From: Octopus bimaculoides
Lineage: Eukaryota
Assembly (NCBI RefSeq): GCF_001194135.2
Contig: NC_068984.1
Span: 35,165,027-35,229,026, forward strand
Length of the DNA: 64,000 bases
Direction: 5' to 3'
Shown: positions 15,445-28,656 of the stretch, piece by piece
Layout of the letters: each line of letters begins with the position of its first letter
How positions within the stretch are numbered: position 1 is the stretch's first letter
Program-made: the position numbers and the translations under genes
Notes under the pieces: generated by a model
The model's database searches: none
What the model was told of the DNA's origin: nothing
What the model saw: only the letters and a program-made list of their open reading frames with translations

Positions 15445-15650
15445 ATAATATACTTTTCTACTCTAGGCACGAGGCCCGACATTTTTGGGGAGGTGAGCCA
15501 GTCGATTAGAGCGACCCCAAATACTTTACTGGTAGTTAATTTATTGACCTCTAAAGGGTGAAAAACGAAGTCAACCTCGGCCAAATTTGAACTCGGAACA
15601 TAAAGACAAACGAAATACCGCTAAGCATTTCGCCCGTCTTGCTAACGTTT
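15445..15650 (-). mobile_element. SINE family A, copy 1 of a head-to-tail trimer (head-truncated)
   Basis: Contains aagtcaacctcggccaaatttgaactcggaac and gaaataccgctaagcatttcgccc, shared with the neighbouring copies and with the reverse complement of 41135-41330. Confidence 0.85.
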
Positions 15651-15651
15651 C

Positions 15652-15876
15652 TTATTTCTTTATTGCCCACAAGGGGCTAAACATAGAGGGGACAAACAAA
15701 GACGGACAAAGAGATTAAGGCGATCCCAGTGCGTAATTGGTACTTAAGTTATCGACCCCGAAAGGATGAAAGGCAAAGTCGACCTCGGCGGAATTTGAAC
15801 TCAGAACGTAACGGCAGACGAAATACTGCTAAGCATTTCGCCCGGCGTGTTAACATTTCTGCCAGCTCGCCGCCTT
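15652..15876 (-). mobile_element. SINE family A, copy 2 (different 3' tail)
   Basis: Same core (aaagtcgacctcggcggaatttgaactcagaacg...ctgccagctcgccgcc), but the tail is ttctttattgcccacaaggggctaaac instead of tttctactataggcac. Confidence 0.85.
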
Positions 15877-15878
15877 TA

Positions 15879-16100
15879 AAATAATCCTTTCTACTATAGG
15901 CACAAACCCTGACATTTCACGGGAAAGGGGTAAGTCGATTACAAAGACCCCCAGTACTCAGCCGGTACTTATGTTATATACCACGAAAGAATGTAGAGTA
16001 AAGTCGACCTCGGCTGAATTTGAACTCGGAACGTAGCGGCAGACGAAATACCGTTAGCATTTCGCCTGGCGTGCTAACGATTCTGCTAACTCGCCGCCTT
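15879..16100 (-). mobile_element. SINE family A, copy 3
   Basis: Runs from tttctactataggcacaaaccc through aaagtcgacctcggctgaatttgaactcggaacg to ctcgccgcctt. The B-box-like GAGTTCAAATTC lies on the minus strand. Confidence 0.85.
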
Positions 16101-16215
16101 AATCCTGCTTTGTAATAACACTAACAGCAACGACTCTTTGAACAATATACTCATTTAGCATATCAATGTATTTTGTTTCATAATTAGAATTACTCCAAGT
16201 AGAAGCATTGAAAAT

Positions 16216-16277
16216 AATCGTAATGCTTACTAAATAAATCGTAATGCTTACTAAATAAATCGTAATGCTTACTAAGT
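16216..16277. repeat. 21-bp minisatellite x3
   Basis: aatcgtaatgcttactaaata repeated three times, with degenerate copies following. Confidence 0.85.
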
Positions 16278-17376
16278 AAAAGAAATAATATTGCTTACTA
16301 GGTAAAGGAAATATATGGGTAAAAGAAATATAAAAGAAATATATCAGGCAATTTCATTTCCAAAGAAATTTCATTTTCAAAGTATGTGCAGTTTGTCATA
16401 TTCTATAAATTTTCTATCAACCAAAACATAAGTGAAAGATGTAGATAGAGAAAGAGCATGAACTAGAGATAGTAAAGCTTTAAAGGTGTTACACGTGACA
16501 TTGACAATATTAGCCGCACGTAAAGGAATTCCAGTAACATGCAGATACATTAAACACATTAAATGGCAAAACAATTCTACATGTTCACGTAAAAAACACA
16601 ATAAAATTTATTTCCATCTCTCTAAAAGTTACTCTCTGAGAACTCTTATTTTATCTGCGGTAATCATCAAACTTAGGAACAATAGATACAAATACTTCAT
16701 AAGAGCACTGAAGAGTCTTGTGTTTATTTATAACATCGATATGTACAAATAAACGCACATATGCGCTGCTGATTAAATTTAAAATAAAAATCAGATAAGA
16801 AAATTGAGTCAAAAATACAGATTAGCAAATACTTGAAAGAATCAGTCAGCTAAATATTACATGGTTCAATGTAAAATATCAGGAAGAAATATTTTACACA
16901 CGATAGACAAATACATAAAATAGCGATAAATACAACAAATAACATAACAGCGATTACCATCTTAGTTATACCAGTAATAAGTTATAACTGGTATATTCTC
17001 AATTAGAGGTTAAACGTATTTAGCAGCAGTAGACAGAAAATCGATAAGTGTAATAATTGCTTGTAGAATTCAGCATAAAAATGTGTTACTGGAATACGTT
17101 TAACAGGCTTTTAGGTAAATAGCATGTTTTTGGAACCAGAATCCTATTATGAAAATTATGTTGTAGATTATCGGGGATGCTGAGTAAACATAATGAAGAT
17201 TAGAAATATAAATACATAACACGAACAACTAAAACGACTACCTAAGAATAAGCGGAGCTGCCAGGCTCTCATCGCCAACAATGGAATCTCTAGCAGCTTA
17301 TCTGAAGATCTCAAAATTCGTGCCCGTCAACTGCAGTTCAGCAATTTCTGCATAATAGACATTGAATAATTGGCGT

Positions 17377-18468
17377 GGTATTGAATACAAACCCAGTCAA
17401 TCGAAGCTGTTCATAGATTCATCAAATACTAGTCCGAAACGTGTATTTCTGCATAATGGCAATAGTGAACCATCAGTTCTCTGGGTTATGCATCACATAT
17501 AAATGAAACTTATGACAAAATAAAGCATATGTTGCAATGTACAAAATATGATGAAAATCAAGGGCAGGTCAGTGGTGACTTAATGGTGGTTACTCTTGCG
17601 GTGGGCTTGCAGGGCGGATACAGAAAATACTGCTGCTTTCGACAGCCGTGCGAGATGTTCCAACTATATCAGGAGAGACTGGCCACTTCATCAATTACTG
17701 GAAACTGGAATAGAAATGTTCAATATCCACCACTCACTGAACCAAACAAAATTTAGCTACCACCATTACACATAAAACTAAAGCTCATGCTAAACTTTGT
17801 AAAAGCTATGGACCAATCAAGTCAGGGATTTAAGTATTTAATATCAAACTCCCCCTCAGCGACGCTAAGATAATGGAGGGAGTCTTCATTGATCTTCAGA
17901 ATCGAGAGCTTCTTAAAGATAGTGATTTTGCCTCAAACCTTCATGGGGAGAAGAAAGCTCCTTGTGAAGCGTACAAGTTAGCGGCAAAAGATTTCTGAAA
18001 CAGAATTGAAATAAACCGTTAAGAATTGGTGCAAAATCTCGTTAAGGCTTACAAAATCATGCGATGTAACATGTCACTAAAATTCCAATTTCTGGACTCA
18101 CTGTTAGATTTTTTATCCAGTGAATTGTTGGGCAGTTAGTGACGAGTGTAGTGAAATGTTTTACCAACATATTTCAAACATGGAAAAGCGGTACCACAGC
18201 AAATTTAGCCCACAAATGCTTGCAGACTATTGCTGGACATTGGTAAGAGTCAAGCAAAAAAGCAGAGAGTAGAAATGGACTAGAGCTTAAAACAATGACA
18301 CGCATTGTACGTTATAATTAAATAATCATATATTGCATTGTATATCATTAAACCTATTGCTAATAATTATCTTTCAAGGTGATATTTGGATTGAGGGCAT
18401 GGAAATACATAAGAATTAACCAATCCGTTTTAAGGGGTACACGACTTTTCAAAAATTATTGACCAGTG
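17377..18468 (+). mobile_element. Decayed DNA transposon, Chapaev3-like (CMC superfamily) transposase pseudogene with 3' TIR
   Basis: Stitched frames read GIEYKPSQSKLFIDSSNTSPKRVFLHNGN...GDLMVVTLAVGLQGGYRKYCCF...LPPLHIKLKLMLNFVKAMD...EGVFID...CNMSLKFQFLDSLLDFL...EKRYHSKFSPQMLADYCWTL, with stops and frameshifts. The element ends in aaaattattgaccagtg (minus strand CACTGGTCAATAATTTT). The family name is from recall of these motifs, not from a search. Confidence 0.8.
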
Positions 18469-20245
18469 AAGTTAGTTGACAAAATCGAAATCATTTCTTT
18501 CGTTAACATTGATGATTTTTCGCAGGTTCCTTATAGTTTAGACATTGCCATGATGTCCTTATTATTGGTCGCTCGCTCCAATAAATTTCTGTCCAAATTA
18601 GAGAAAAAAATTCCAAAATGAAACGCAAGTAAGCGGGTTTATTTATAATATATTCAAGCAAGAGAAAACATTATAGTTGATATTTATAGTTATGTATTTC
18701 AAATATGAAAGTGCCTTCATTTGTTTCATATTTAAATTTTGCTTTCAAATATGTATTTCCGCTCTTTTTCCTATATAAACATCACGGTATTTATTATCCC
18801 ACGTTAATTATCTTACAGGTTGCTAAGAAAATCTATTTCTGATATTTCAGGCTTATACTGACAAACACGGTGAATCCGCATGTACTCACTCACTTGCATA
18901 CTCACTCAATGTGTTTATATATTAATTGATATTCAATATATATACTTTTATATAAGTTGATATTAAACATATATGTATATGTTTGTAAATACGTATATTT
19001 ACGAATCTATCAATCTATCTATTTACTTAACTATCTATCCATCTACCACTATACACACACACATTCATACATACACACGATGAAACACATATATACAGGC
19101 GGAAACGTATACGCTTACGTACAATGTTTCATAAATACATGTGGAAATTGATATGAGTCCTCTTAGCGAACACATGGACGTACGTCGTAGTTGAATTCAT
19201 GTGAATATATATATATACATGTATAGATAGTAAGCCGTCTTCGTACATATAACTATATGTGTATATGTATATATACTAATACATACATATATATGTATAT
19301 GCATATATATGTATATGCATATATATCTATATATANNNNNNNNNNNNNNNNNNNNNNNNNNNNNNNNNNNNNNNNNNNNNNNNNNNNNNNNNNNNNNNNN
19401 NNNNNNNNNNNNNNNNNNNNNNNNNNNNNNNNNNNNNNNNNNNNNNNNNNNNNNNNNNNNNNNNNNNNNNNNNNNNNNNNNNNNNNNNNNNNNNNNNNNN
19501 NNNNNNNNNNNNNNNNNNNNNNNNNNNNNNNNNNNNNNNNNNNNNNNNNNNNNNNNNNNNNNNNNNNNNNNNNNNNNNNNNNNNNNNNNNNNNNNNNNNN
19601 NNNNNNNNNNNNNNNNNNNNNNNNNNNNNNNNNNNNNNNNNNNNNNNNNNNNNNNNNNNNNNNNNNNNNNNNNNNNNNNNNNNNNNNNNNNNNNNNNNNN
19701 NNNNNNNNNNNNNNNNNNNNNNNNNNNNNNNNNNNNNNNNNNNNNNNNNNNNNNNNNNNNNNNNNNNNNNNNNNNNNNNNNNNNNNNNNNNNNNNNNNNN
19801 NNNNNNNNNNNNNNNNNNNNNNNNNNNNNNNNNNNNNNNNNNNNNNNNNNNNNNNNNNNNNNNNNNNNNNNNNNNNNNNNNNNNNNNNNNNNNNNNNNNN
19901 NNNNNNNNNNNNNNNNNNNNNNNNNNNNNNNNNNNNNNNNNNNNNNNNNNNNNNNNNNNNNNNNNNNNNNNNNNNNNNNNNNNNNNNNNNNNNNNNNNNN
20001 NNNNNNNNNNNNNNNNNNNNNNNNNNNNNNNNNNNNNNNNNNNNNNNNNNNNNNNNNNNNNNNNNNNNNNNNNNNNNNNNNNNNNNNNNNNNNNNNNNNN
20101 NNNNNNNNNNNNNNNNNNNNNNNNNNNNNNNNNNNNNNNNNNNNNNNNNNNNNNNNNNNNNNNNNNNNNNNNNNNNNNNNNNNNNNNNNNNNNNNNNNNN
20201 NNNNNNNNNNNNNNNNNNNNNNNNNNNNNNNNNNNNNNNNNNNNN

Positions 20246-20288
<43 letters not shown>

Positions 20289-21275
20289 CTATTATATTTA
20301 CATATATATATATATAGTCGTGTGAGTTTGTGTACGTATTTCAGTGTGGTATGTGTTTGTATCTCTATGCATACATTTATCATCATATTCTTCTTTTTGT
20401 CCTGCAATCCATATGTACGTACTCATGTACGTATGTACGTTTATTTGAGATGAGAAATATCTTCTATACCGCAGCACTTTGAAAAATCATTCTAAACTAC
20501 GTGTAAAAACGAAGGAAATAATCAACATAATATACAAGTTAGAAAGAAACGAAGGACCAAAAAAGAAACCTCTATTTTATAAAATATAAATAAAAATGCC
20601 ACTTGATAAGGCAGTTTTGAATATCATGAATATTTTAAAAAATACCGCCGAGATTTGTAACAACCAGAAAGTTAACCACCCCGCAGGGAATTATAACAGA
20701 TCAATGCGAAAAATAGAATGATAATAGCTAGGTATGTGTAGAAGATGTAAAAGAGAATGCAATATAAATAGATAGATAGAATGAAAGACCGATAATGTGA
20801 AAAGGAAATTGTAAGGAGGAGAGGGGGTGAACAATTGAGAGAACAGTACTTTGAAAGGATGTTGTCAACTGACTCATCGAAGCATAAACATTTCAATTGA
20901 AATACGCACGTACATATACACACGAATATAAATATATGCACAAAAACACAAGCAGGGATATATACATATATATGTTTAAANNNNNNNNNNATATATATAT
21001 ATACACACATATATATATATATACATATATGCGTGTGTCTTTGTGTATCACTCATATATAAATATGTGTTGATCACGTATAGATGTATGCATATAAGAGT
21101 ATGTACACTGATGTAAATATGTACACAGCACACGCATTCATATACACCTACGGAAAATATATGTGCGTATCTATGTATCACTCGTTAATAAATACATGTA
21201 TATTCAATGGTAGATGTATACAAATGAATGTGGATATGGCCATAGAAATATTTACACACTCGCACTCACAACAAA

Positions 21276-21306
<31 letters not shown>

Positions 21307-21333
21307 CTCATATATAATTATATACATGCATGC

Positions 21334-21435
<102 letters not shown>

Positions 21436-21894
21436 ATGTGTAGATACGTATATATATATGCATGGAATCACATGCTTACATACATAATGTCAAAAGCCAA
21501 AACAACATATAAAGGGTATCAAATGCCAAAGTAACCACTAATAGCAGCATGGCATCTGCAATATCTGCTACAAGAACTGCTTCAACAACAAGAATAAAAT
21601 AATAACAACAACAGAAAAACCATGATAAATAAAAAAAAAACATAATGATGATAACAACATGAACAACATCTAAATAATACAGTAGGTTCAGAACTGAGGT
21701 CGTTCCATGCACTTACAATCATCATGCTTCGAGTGCTTCAGAGGTATATAATTCCATCAGATAGAAGATGTAAAATGGATACAACTGATTCCAGTGATGC
21801 TTTGCCCCTTTTTATTTTTTTGCGCTATTTTATTGTTAATTTACATATTTCGTTTAAATTCTTTATTCCTTGTCATTATCACTATTTTTGTAAT

Positions 21895-21924
21895 AACAAT
21901 AACATTAATAATAACAATAATAAT

Positions 21925-22009
<85 letters not shown>

Positions 22010-22066
22010 GCAATGATAATATTAATAATGATGATAATGATGATGATAACAATAATAATCATAACA

Positions 22067-22122
<56 letters not shown>
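21895..22122. repeat. (AAT)n microsatellite
   Basis: Direct reading; source of the poly-Asn/poly-Ile ORFs. Confidence 0.95.
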
Positions 22123-22123
<1 letters not shown>

Positions 22124-23599
22124 GAATGAGCAATGAGTGTCAGAAAAATAATGATAAAATTAATCAAAATAATAATAATTGTAATAATGATGTTTACTAT
22201 TATTTTTGTTTCTATATTTGTTTTAATACATCCGTGCAGTTTGGATATGCATCAGTTGTTGTTTAGTGTTTGATCTGAAGTCACATTGATATATACCATT
22301 GGATCGATCGATCAAAATTTAGATGGAACGATGTCTCGACCTGAAGCCTCCCTTATAGTTTTCCTGCTTTTCTGTCGTTTACACTCACATATCTCGTTCT
22401 TTCTTTCATTTTCTTTGTATATTTTTTGTAATATTTTGAAATGGTTTTTATTCTCGCATCAAAACTACACTATGTATGTGTGTGTGTATATATATAAATA
22501 TATACATATATAATACATATTTGTATATAATATATATATATATAAGTATATGTTTCTTCTTTTACACACACACGCACACACACACATATATATATATATA
22601 TACATAAATATATATANNNNNNNNNNNNNNNNNNNNNNNNNNNNNNNNNNNNNNNNNNNNNNNNNNNNNNNNNNNNNNNNNNTATTTTTTGTAATATTTT
22701 GAAATGGTTTTTATTCTCGCATCAAAACTACACTATGTATGTGTGTGTGTATATATATAAATATATACATATATAATACATATTTGTATATAATATATAT
22801 ATATATAAGTATATGTTTCTTCTTTTACACACACACGCACACACACACATATATATATATATATACATACATATATATATATCAGTATATATATATTTCA
22901 TATATGTATGCCTCCATACGAGCAGATTTGTGCATAGTATAAAAAGGTTTATACTCATTTATGTGTAAATTTGTGTCTGTCTGCGATTGTCTTTGTGGGA
23001 AAGTAAGCCCTCTGATTCGGAAACCCTGCTGAAATGTTAAAACACCTTTAGAAATGTTTAGAAACATGCGTTGTGAGAAAGTTACAAACCACATGAATGC
23101 GTTAATGTTGAAACACACTTATACCAATCGTGTATGGATGTGTTCTTTTAATCATACAGCAGACATGTAACATTCGTTGTAAAAATTCCTTTTATGTATA
23201 TTCACGAAGTCAAAATGCCTTCGTTTTATGCGTCATAAAAAATAAACTCCTACGATGTAAGTAAAATAGAAAGTAAAACCATGAACATAAAAGGAAAAAA
23301 ACTGTATGACATGTGAGAGCAAGCACCAAGTTCTATTTAACAATTCTGCCTCGCGATCATGTATTTCCATGTTCAATGCGTTGCCACATTTGCCGTCAGA
23401 AATATAATGTTCCAGCACTATACCTGGAAACCGTGCGCGATATCTTGCTTTTTAAGTGTTCACCATATAAAATATTTGATGCATATTCATGTCTTTGCTT
23501 ATAGCAAAAAGTACAGATCTCCACTCTCAATCATACTATTTAAATATCACTTTCAGAGTTTGACACTAGACAAGCAAGGTCATGCAAGACACCAGACAT

Positions 23600-23690
23600 G
23601 CAAGTAAGTCGATTACTCCAATGCTGGTATTTATTTAAATGATCCCAAAGGATAAAAGGCAAAGTCGAACTCTGTGGAATTTAAACTACT
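23600..23690 (-). mobile_element. SINE family A fragment
   Basis: gtaagtcgattac...ctggtatttattt...cccaaaggataaaaggcaaagtcgaactctgtggaatttaaac matches the core of 15652-15876. Confidence 0.7.
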
Positions 23691-24033
23691 CAAACATTAT
23701 TATTATATCGTTGGCAATTTAAATCATGAGAAGTATTAGATTGTATTAGATTGTTAAACCACAATTTCTATACATATAGAAGCGATGTGGAACACTGTGT
23801 TTACGTTATATTTCAGCTCTATAACAAAGTATCGTATTTGTTGTCTTGATCCAGTAGTAGTCATCCTGAATTAACAATGAAATCCTAGCATTGATTTCGA
23901 TTCTAGTTTAGAATTTCTTCTTTCGAAACATTTCCCTTTCTGAATCTTGGTCTCTCAAGACGAGAGATATATTTGAAGAGAGTTGGAAATACCCCAATAT
24001 GTGTGATACAACAAGGACTCTAGCAGTTTATAT

Positions 24034-24073
<40 letters not shown>

Positions 24074-25187
24074 GCAATAAAACAATACTATAAACGCAGG
24101 ATGGGATTGGCAATAATTTTGACGAAGAGTAGAAGAATGGCAATGCCTATAAGGGAGGAAAATTAAGACAATCTCATGGAACGCAACGACTACGATGATG
24201 ATGAGGGGGAGGAGAATGTTAAAGAAGGGGATTAGGAAGAGGAGGAGAAGAAATTTCGTGTTGATATAATATCTGCTACTGGTGCGTTGATGACGATTTT
24301 GATAATGATGTCTGCAAATATTTCAGCAATAGCGATGTGTCTGTTTGTATACTATGGACTTTTGTTAAATGGAGTAAACTGTTGAAGAGGAAAGATTAAA
24401 TTTCTCATATGTCTCTAACATGAAATATTATGCAATGATCGATAATCTTCTCGCTGATGTTATTATTTATTGTAGTTTATGCCGTTGATCTTCTTTTCGG
24501 TGAATTCGCTGCTCCACTTAGCTAACATTTTTAATTGTCCTTCTAATCTTAATATTTATTAATGTTGTAACTATTTCATCGAGAAGAACAAATGTGGAAG
24601 CGATATACTTATACAGGGCAGTAGATATAATCCCGTATTTATTCACTTTTCTAATCTATTTAGAATTCACAAACATACGATATTAGACTTACGTTACATC
24701 GTTGCCTCGTTGATATTTATATGTACTCGTAATATATGCAATGTAATTAATTCAATAAAATTTAGCTCTAAAAGACAAGTTTCCTAACCAATTGTTTTCA
24801 AGTAATATGTATGAAGTGGAGAATTTTTTTCAGATTAAAAAATAGAAAAATATCGTTTCATTAGGGTTTAAATGTTATCAATCTATATTCATGGTGATAT
24901 CTGTTGGAGCACACCGTATCTCGTTGACACCCTATTGCCAGGGGGTCTGGGGTTTTGACGAATGAAAGTAAATGAAATATTTATTCAATCCTAAAAGCTT
25001 AGATAAATATTACAATAAGAAGAGAATCTATCTGAAACATAAATAACAATATTATTATTATTTTATTATGTAATAACGTTCTCAAATTTAATGGAAGGAG
25101 TCATCATTTCTCCTACATGATATCATGTTACCAGAGAAAATGTCGAGATCCAGTGAAGTATAACATAGCATCATATCATTAGGAGTT

Positions 25188-25272
25188 GTGGGGTTTGTTC
25201 TTTAAGATCTATCTTTTAATAAACGTGGAGTTGGTTCTTTAAGGTCGCTCTTTTAAGAAAAGTGGGGTTGGC
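25188..25272. repeat. 37-bp degenerate tandem repeat x2.3
   Basis: Units starting gtggggtt/gtggagtt at 25188, 25225 and 25262; ttctttaag and cttttaa are shared by the two full units. Confidence 0.7.
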
Positions 25273-25487
25273 ATTTTATGTCAGGTTAAAAGAGATTTCC
25301 CCTCAACGACAGTTCAGAGAAACCCGGAAAGGATTTTTCCGAAATGTGGTCAAAATTTAGTCCGGTTCTCAGCGTTTTGAGGAGATCGATTAAGAACATG
25401 TTGCAAGTGGTAGTGAGAGACAAAAACACACGCATATACAGGCACACATACACACGTGCACACACACACGCATACACACAGAGACAG

Positions 25488-25521
<34 letters not shown>

Positions 25522-25869
25522 NNNNNNNNNNNNNNNNNNNNNNNNNNNNNNNNNNNNNNNNNNNNNNNNNNNNNNNNNNNNNNNNNNNNNNNNNNNNNNN
25601 NNNNNNNNNNNNNNNNNNNNNNNNNNNNNNNNNNNNNNNNNNNNNNNNNNNNNNNNNNNNNNNNNNNNNNNNNNNNNNNNNNNNNNNNNNNNNNNNNNNN
25701 NNNNNNNNNNNNNNNNNNNNNNNNNNNNNNNNNNNNNNNNNNNNNNNNNNNNNNNNNNNNNNNNNNNNNNNNNNNNNNNNNNNNNNNNNNNNNNNNNNNN
25801 NNNNNNNNNNNNNNNNNNNNNNNNNNNNNNNNNNNNNNNNNNNNNNNNNNNNNNNNNNNNNNNNNNNNN

Positions 25870-25901
<32 letters not shown>

Positions 25902-26080
25902 CAGGTATAAGTTAGAGGTGTTTAAAGCCTCTTAGGCATAGATATATCCAAAGGCATACCTGCTGATTACCTCATTAGGTATAGTCCTTAGTAAAAGGTA
26001 TACGGCAGCAAGTAATTTGGCTGGTAAACCGTAGTTTAATTTATATAGACAATATATTTATAATTTATACAGACAATAAT

Positions 26081-26411
26081 AAAATGGAGGGAAAATAACA
26101 ATAAGTGTTCTTCTGAGCTAGGAAGCCATTATTTAATTAGTTAAGAAAGGTGGGAGTGAGAGAGAGTTTCTGTGTACCATGGTGAGGAAAATATTCTTTT
26201 GCGTCGTTGCCAATGGTAGACATCATCAGAACGAAGAAGTCAAAGGTAGAGTAGAGCGAAAGGTAGACAGAGCATTGGCAACGAAGCAAAAATATTTTTT
26301 CTTCACAGAAATGATCGTAATCTCACTCTCACTCGAACCTTTCTTAACTAATTAAATAATGGCTTCCTAGCACATAAAACACACTTCTTATTGGTATTTT
26401 CCCTCCATTTT
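26081..26411. repeat. Long fold-back inverted repeat (arms ~135 nt, loop ~57 nt)
   Basis: Perfect blocks: 17 bp at the outer ends, 35 bp at 26117-26151 vs 26337-26371, and 11 bp at 26205-26215 vs 26273-26283. The sequence between the blocks is partly complementary. Confidence 0.9.
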
Positions 26412-26420
26412 CTTATCGTC

Positions 26421-26463
<43 letters not shown>

Positions 26464-26488
26464 GTATTTATGCATATACATAAATACA

Positions 26489-26550
<62 letters not shown>

Positions 26551-27594
26551 CATGATATATATACACATAATCCTATTCATTATGAAAGTTGACATATCAA
26601 GGGCCTTGGGATTTTGTTTAGATATTATTGAGAATTTTATTCTCTGAATGTATCTTAATGTCAGTCTAGTAGTTCCCTCAACAACATATGACAGTACCCT
26701 ATTGATTAGATCAAGGTACGTAACCAAGTATTCCCTGAAGGTAGGGTTATCGAGTTTGTATTCAGTGATTATAGAGGAATATAGCATGCAGCTATCTACT
26801 TCTTACTGTTCTGCCTTTAATATCATCTACAGGACATACTGCTGAGGCAGTAAACAGTGTATTCGCAAATTTCATCACAATTTGACATAGCTCTTCACAC
26901 CCAGCTAAAACCGATATCCTAGAAAATTCTTATTACAGAGAATTAGTTTATACGATTATGATTCTGTATGCATATTATTGACTATATTTTGGCGTTGAGA
27001 AGTGTGGATATGTGTGTTTGCGTTGTGTGTTAATATACGTATAAAGATTGGGCGTCGTCATACCATAATCAGCTCCCGATGAATAGTTGAGAATTTGCAG
27101 TTTGAAATTTTCTTTGATTAACGATTTGTGTCTTCCTATCTACCAAAAAATATTTGCGAGAACAATTACACCTTACACACTCACAGTAAGTATTTCATCA
27201 ATCGACCTTCTCTAGAAAGTAACCAAATCACACGCAAACTACACGACGCGCATCTGAATAGTAATGTGCATATATCAGTTTCCTGTCTTGTATCGTCCTT
27301 AATCGAAAAGAAGCTAGTTTGGACGTAGTCGCAATACCTTACATTGTAAGACTACCGCAGAGTATGAATGGGCGTTTGTGAAAGAATACAACATCAACGT
27401 TCCCACTGAACTTAATTTAACATTTGTGGCTGTAAGATACACATTCTTAGCAACCATGAATAAATGACTATCATATGGACATTATTATGCTGAGCATAAT
27501 AAATTTAGAATACTAAGTTTATTATATTAAACATAACAAATTTCACAGAGAATTGTGCGCCCGCACAGAAAGACACAGACTCACACACACGCAT

Positions 27595-27656
<62 letters not shown>

Positions 27657-27964
27657 AAACACAAAAACACGCAAGCACATATTTTATAAATGTATGTACA
27701 TAACGTACTAAGAAAGAAAATAATCTAATATTTGCATGCCTTTTCTATCAGTAAAACTCTGTAACCTAGAATAGATTTGTCACTTATTAATTCCACTGGA
27801 ACCTACTCTACAATGATATTCATAATTGATTAAATAGCAGAATCCTAGGAGTTACAAAATAACTAAAGGGTTGTATTTATAGCTACTTACGTTCCCAGTT
27901 CAAAACATGACGAGGCTACTAGCACTTAATGCTCAGAGATATAGACATAAACACACACATACAA

Positions 27965-28011
<47 letters not shown>

Positions 28012-28619
28012 GCTATGTCTGTATATGTATATGTATATCTCGGAAAGATGATGCATTATCTGGTGAAATATGAATGACCATATCGTAGCAAGATTCAGGA
28101 AGTATATTATACAAATGCATCGTGAAATAATGTTAATTAAAATTTTACAGAACTTCCGAGAGTTATAAAGTAAATGTTGTCTTCCTACACATAATGTGAG
28201 ATACTAAGACAGTTTCCTTTATAATGAATCCAATAAAAGTTTATATTGATAGAGTTTCTAATCTTCCACAAAATACGTAATTTCGACAGTTAGGTTTCTA
28301 GGCATATATCATCAATATCCGTTGGAGAAAATTCTGTTGCTAAGGCTTCTTATTTAAACAACAAAGCATTTAATACCAGCAGTTTTCTGTATACGACATC
28401 ATATATACAAATGACTTAAACTCACAAATGTAGAAATGGAAATAGAAAATCTCATTTTATTATTCGATATTAGCTTGAATATTAGAACATTAGAACACAA
28501 TACTCAAGCTTATAGCTTATAGTCAGAGCATCACGTTGATAATGATGCCAGGCTTCATGTAATCTTTTGCAAACATTCTATTAAATTTGTTGCAAAAATA
28601 TTTTGAATATTTTCTACAG

Positions 28620-28656
28620 TTTTCAGAAGCATGCACGAAACATATAGAACAAGACC
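28620..28656 (+). CDS. Candidate micro-exon (FSEACTKHIEQD; alternative acceptor gives 30 nt from 28627)
   Basis: Acceptors ttttctacag| and ttttcag|; donor ACC|gtgagc; open in the frame that continues into the next two candidates. No homology recognised. Confidence 0.3.

Noticed and set aside
16216-16277. Short direct repeats as a possible CRISPR-like array (also 37456-37510 and 25188-25272)
   Set aside because: The units are adjacent with no unique spacers, in a eukaryotic context; they are minisatellites.
19197-20453. Longest ORFs in the track (338-398 aa), and the similar ones at 44300-45342, 25344-25935 and 2068-2598
   Set aside because: They are N-gap read-throughs flanked by (TA)n.
22420-22867. 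Apparent exact ~185-bp tandem duplication (22420-22600 and 22683-22867)
   Set aside because: The copies flank an N gap and end in the same (CA)/(TA) tract, which is typical of an unmerged contig overlap.
23557-23603. Exon-like segment with a good acceptor and CAA|gtaagt donor
   Set aside because: The donor is supplied by the gtaagtcgatt motif of the adjacent SINE, and the segment does not fit the candidate exon chain convincingly.
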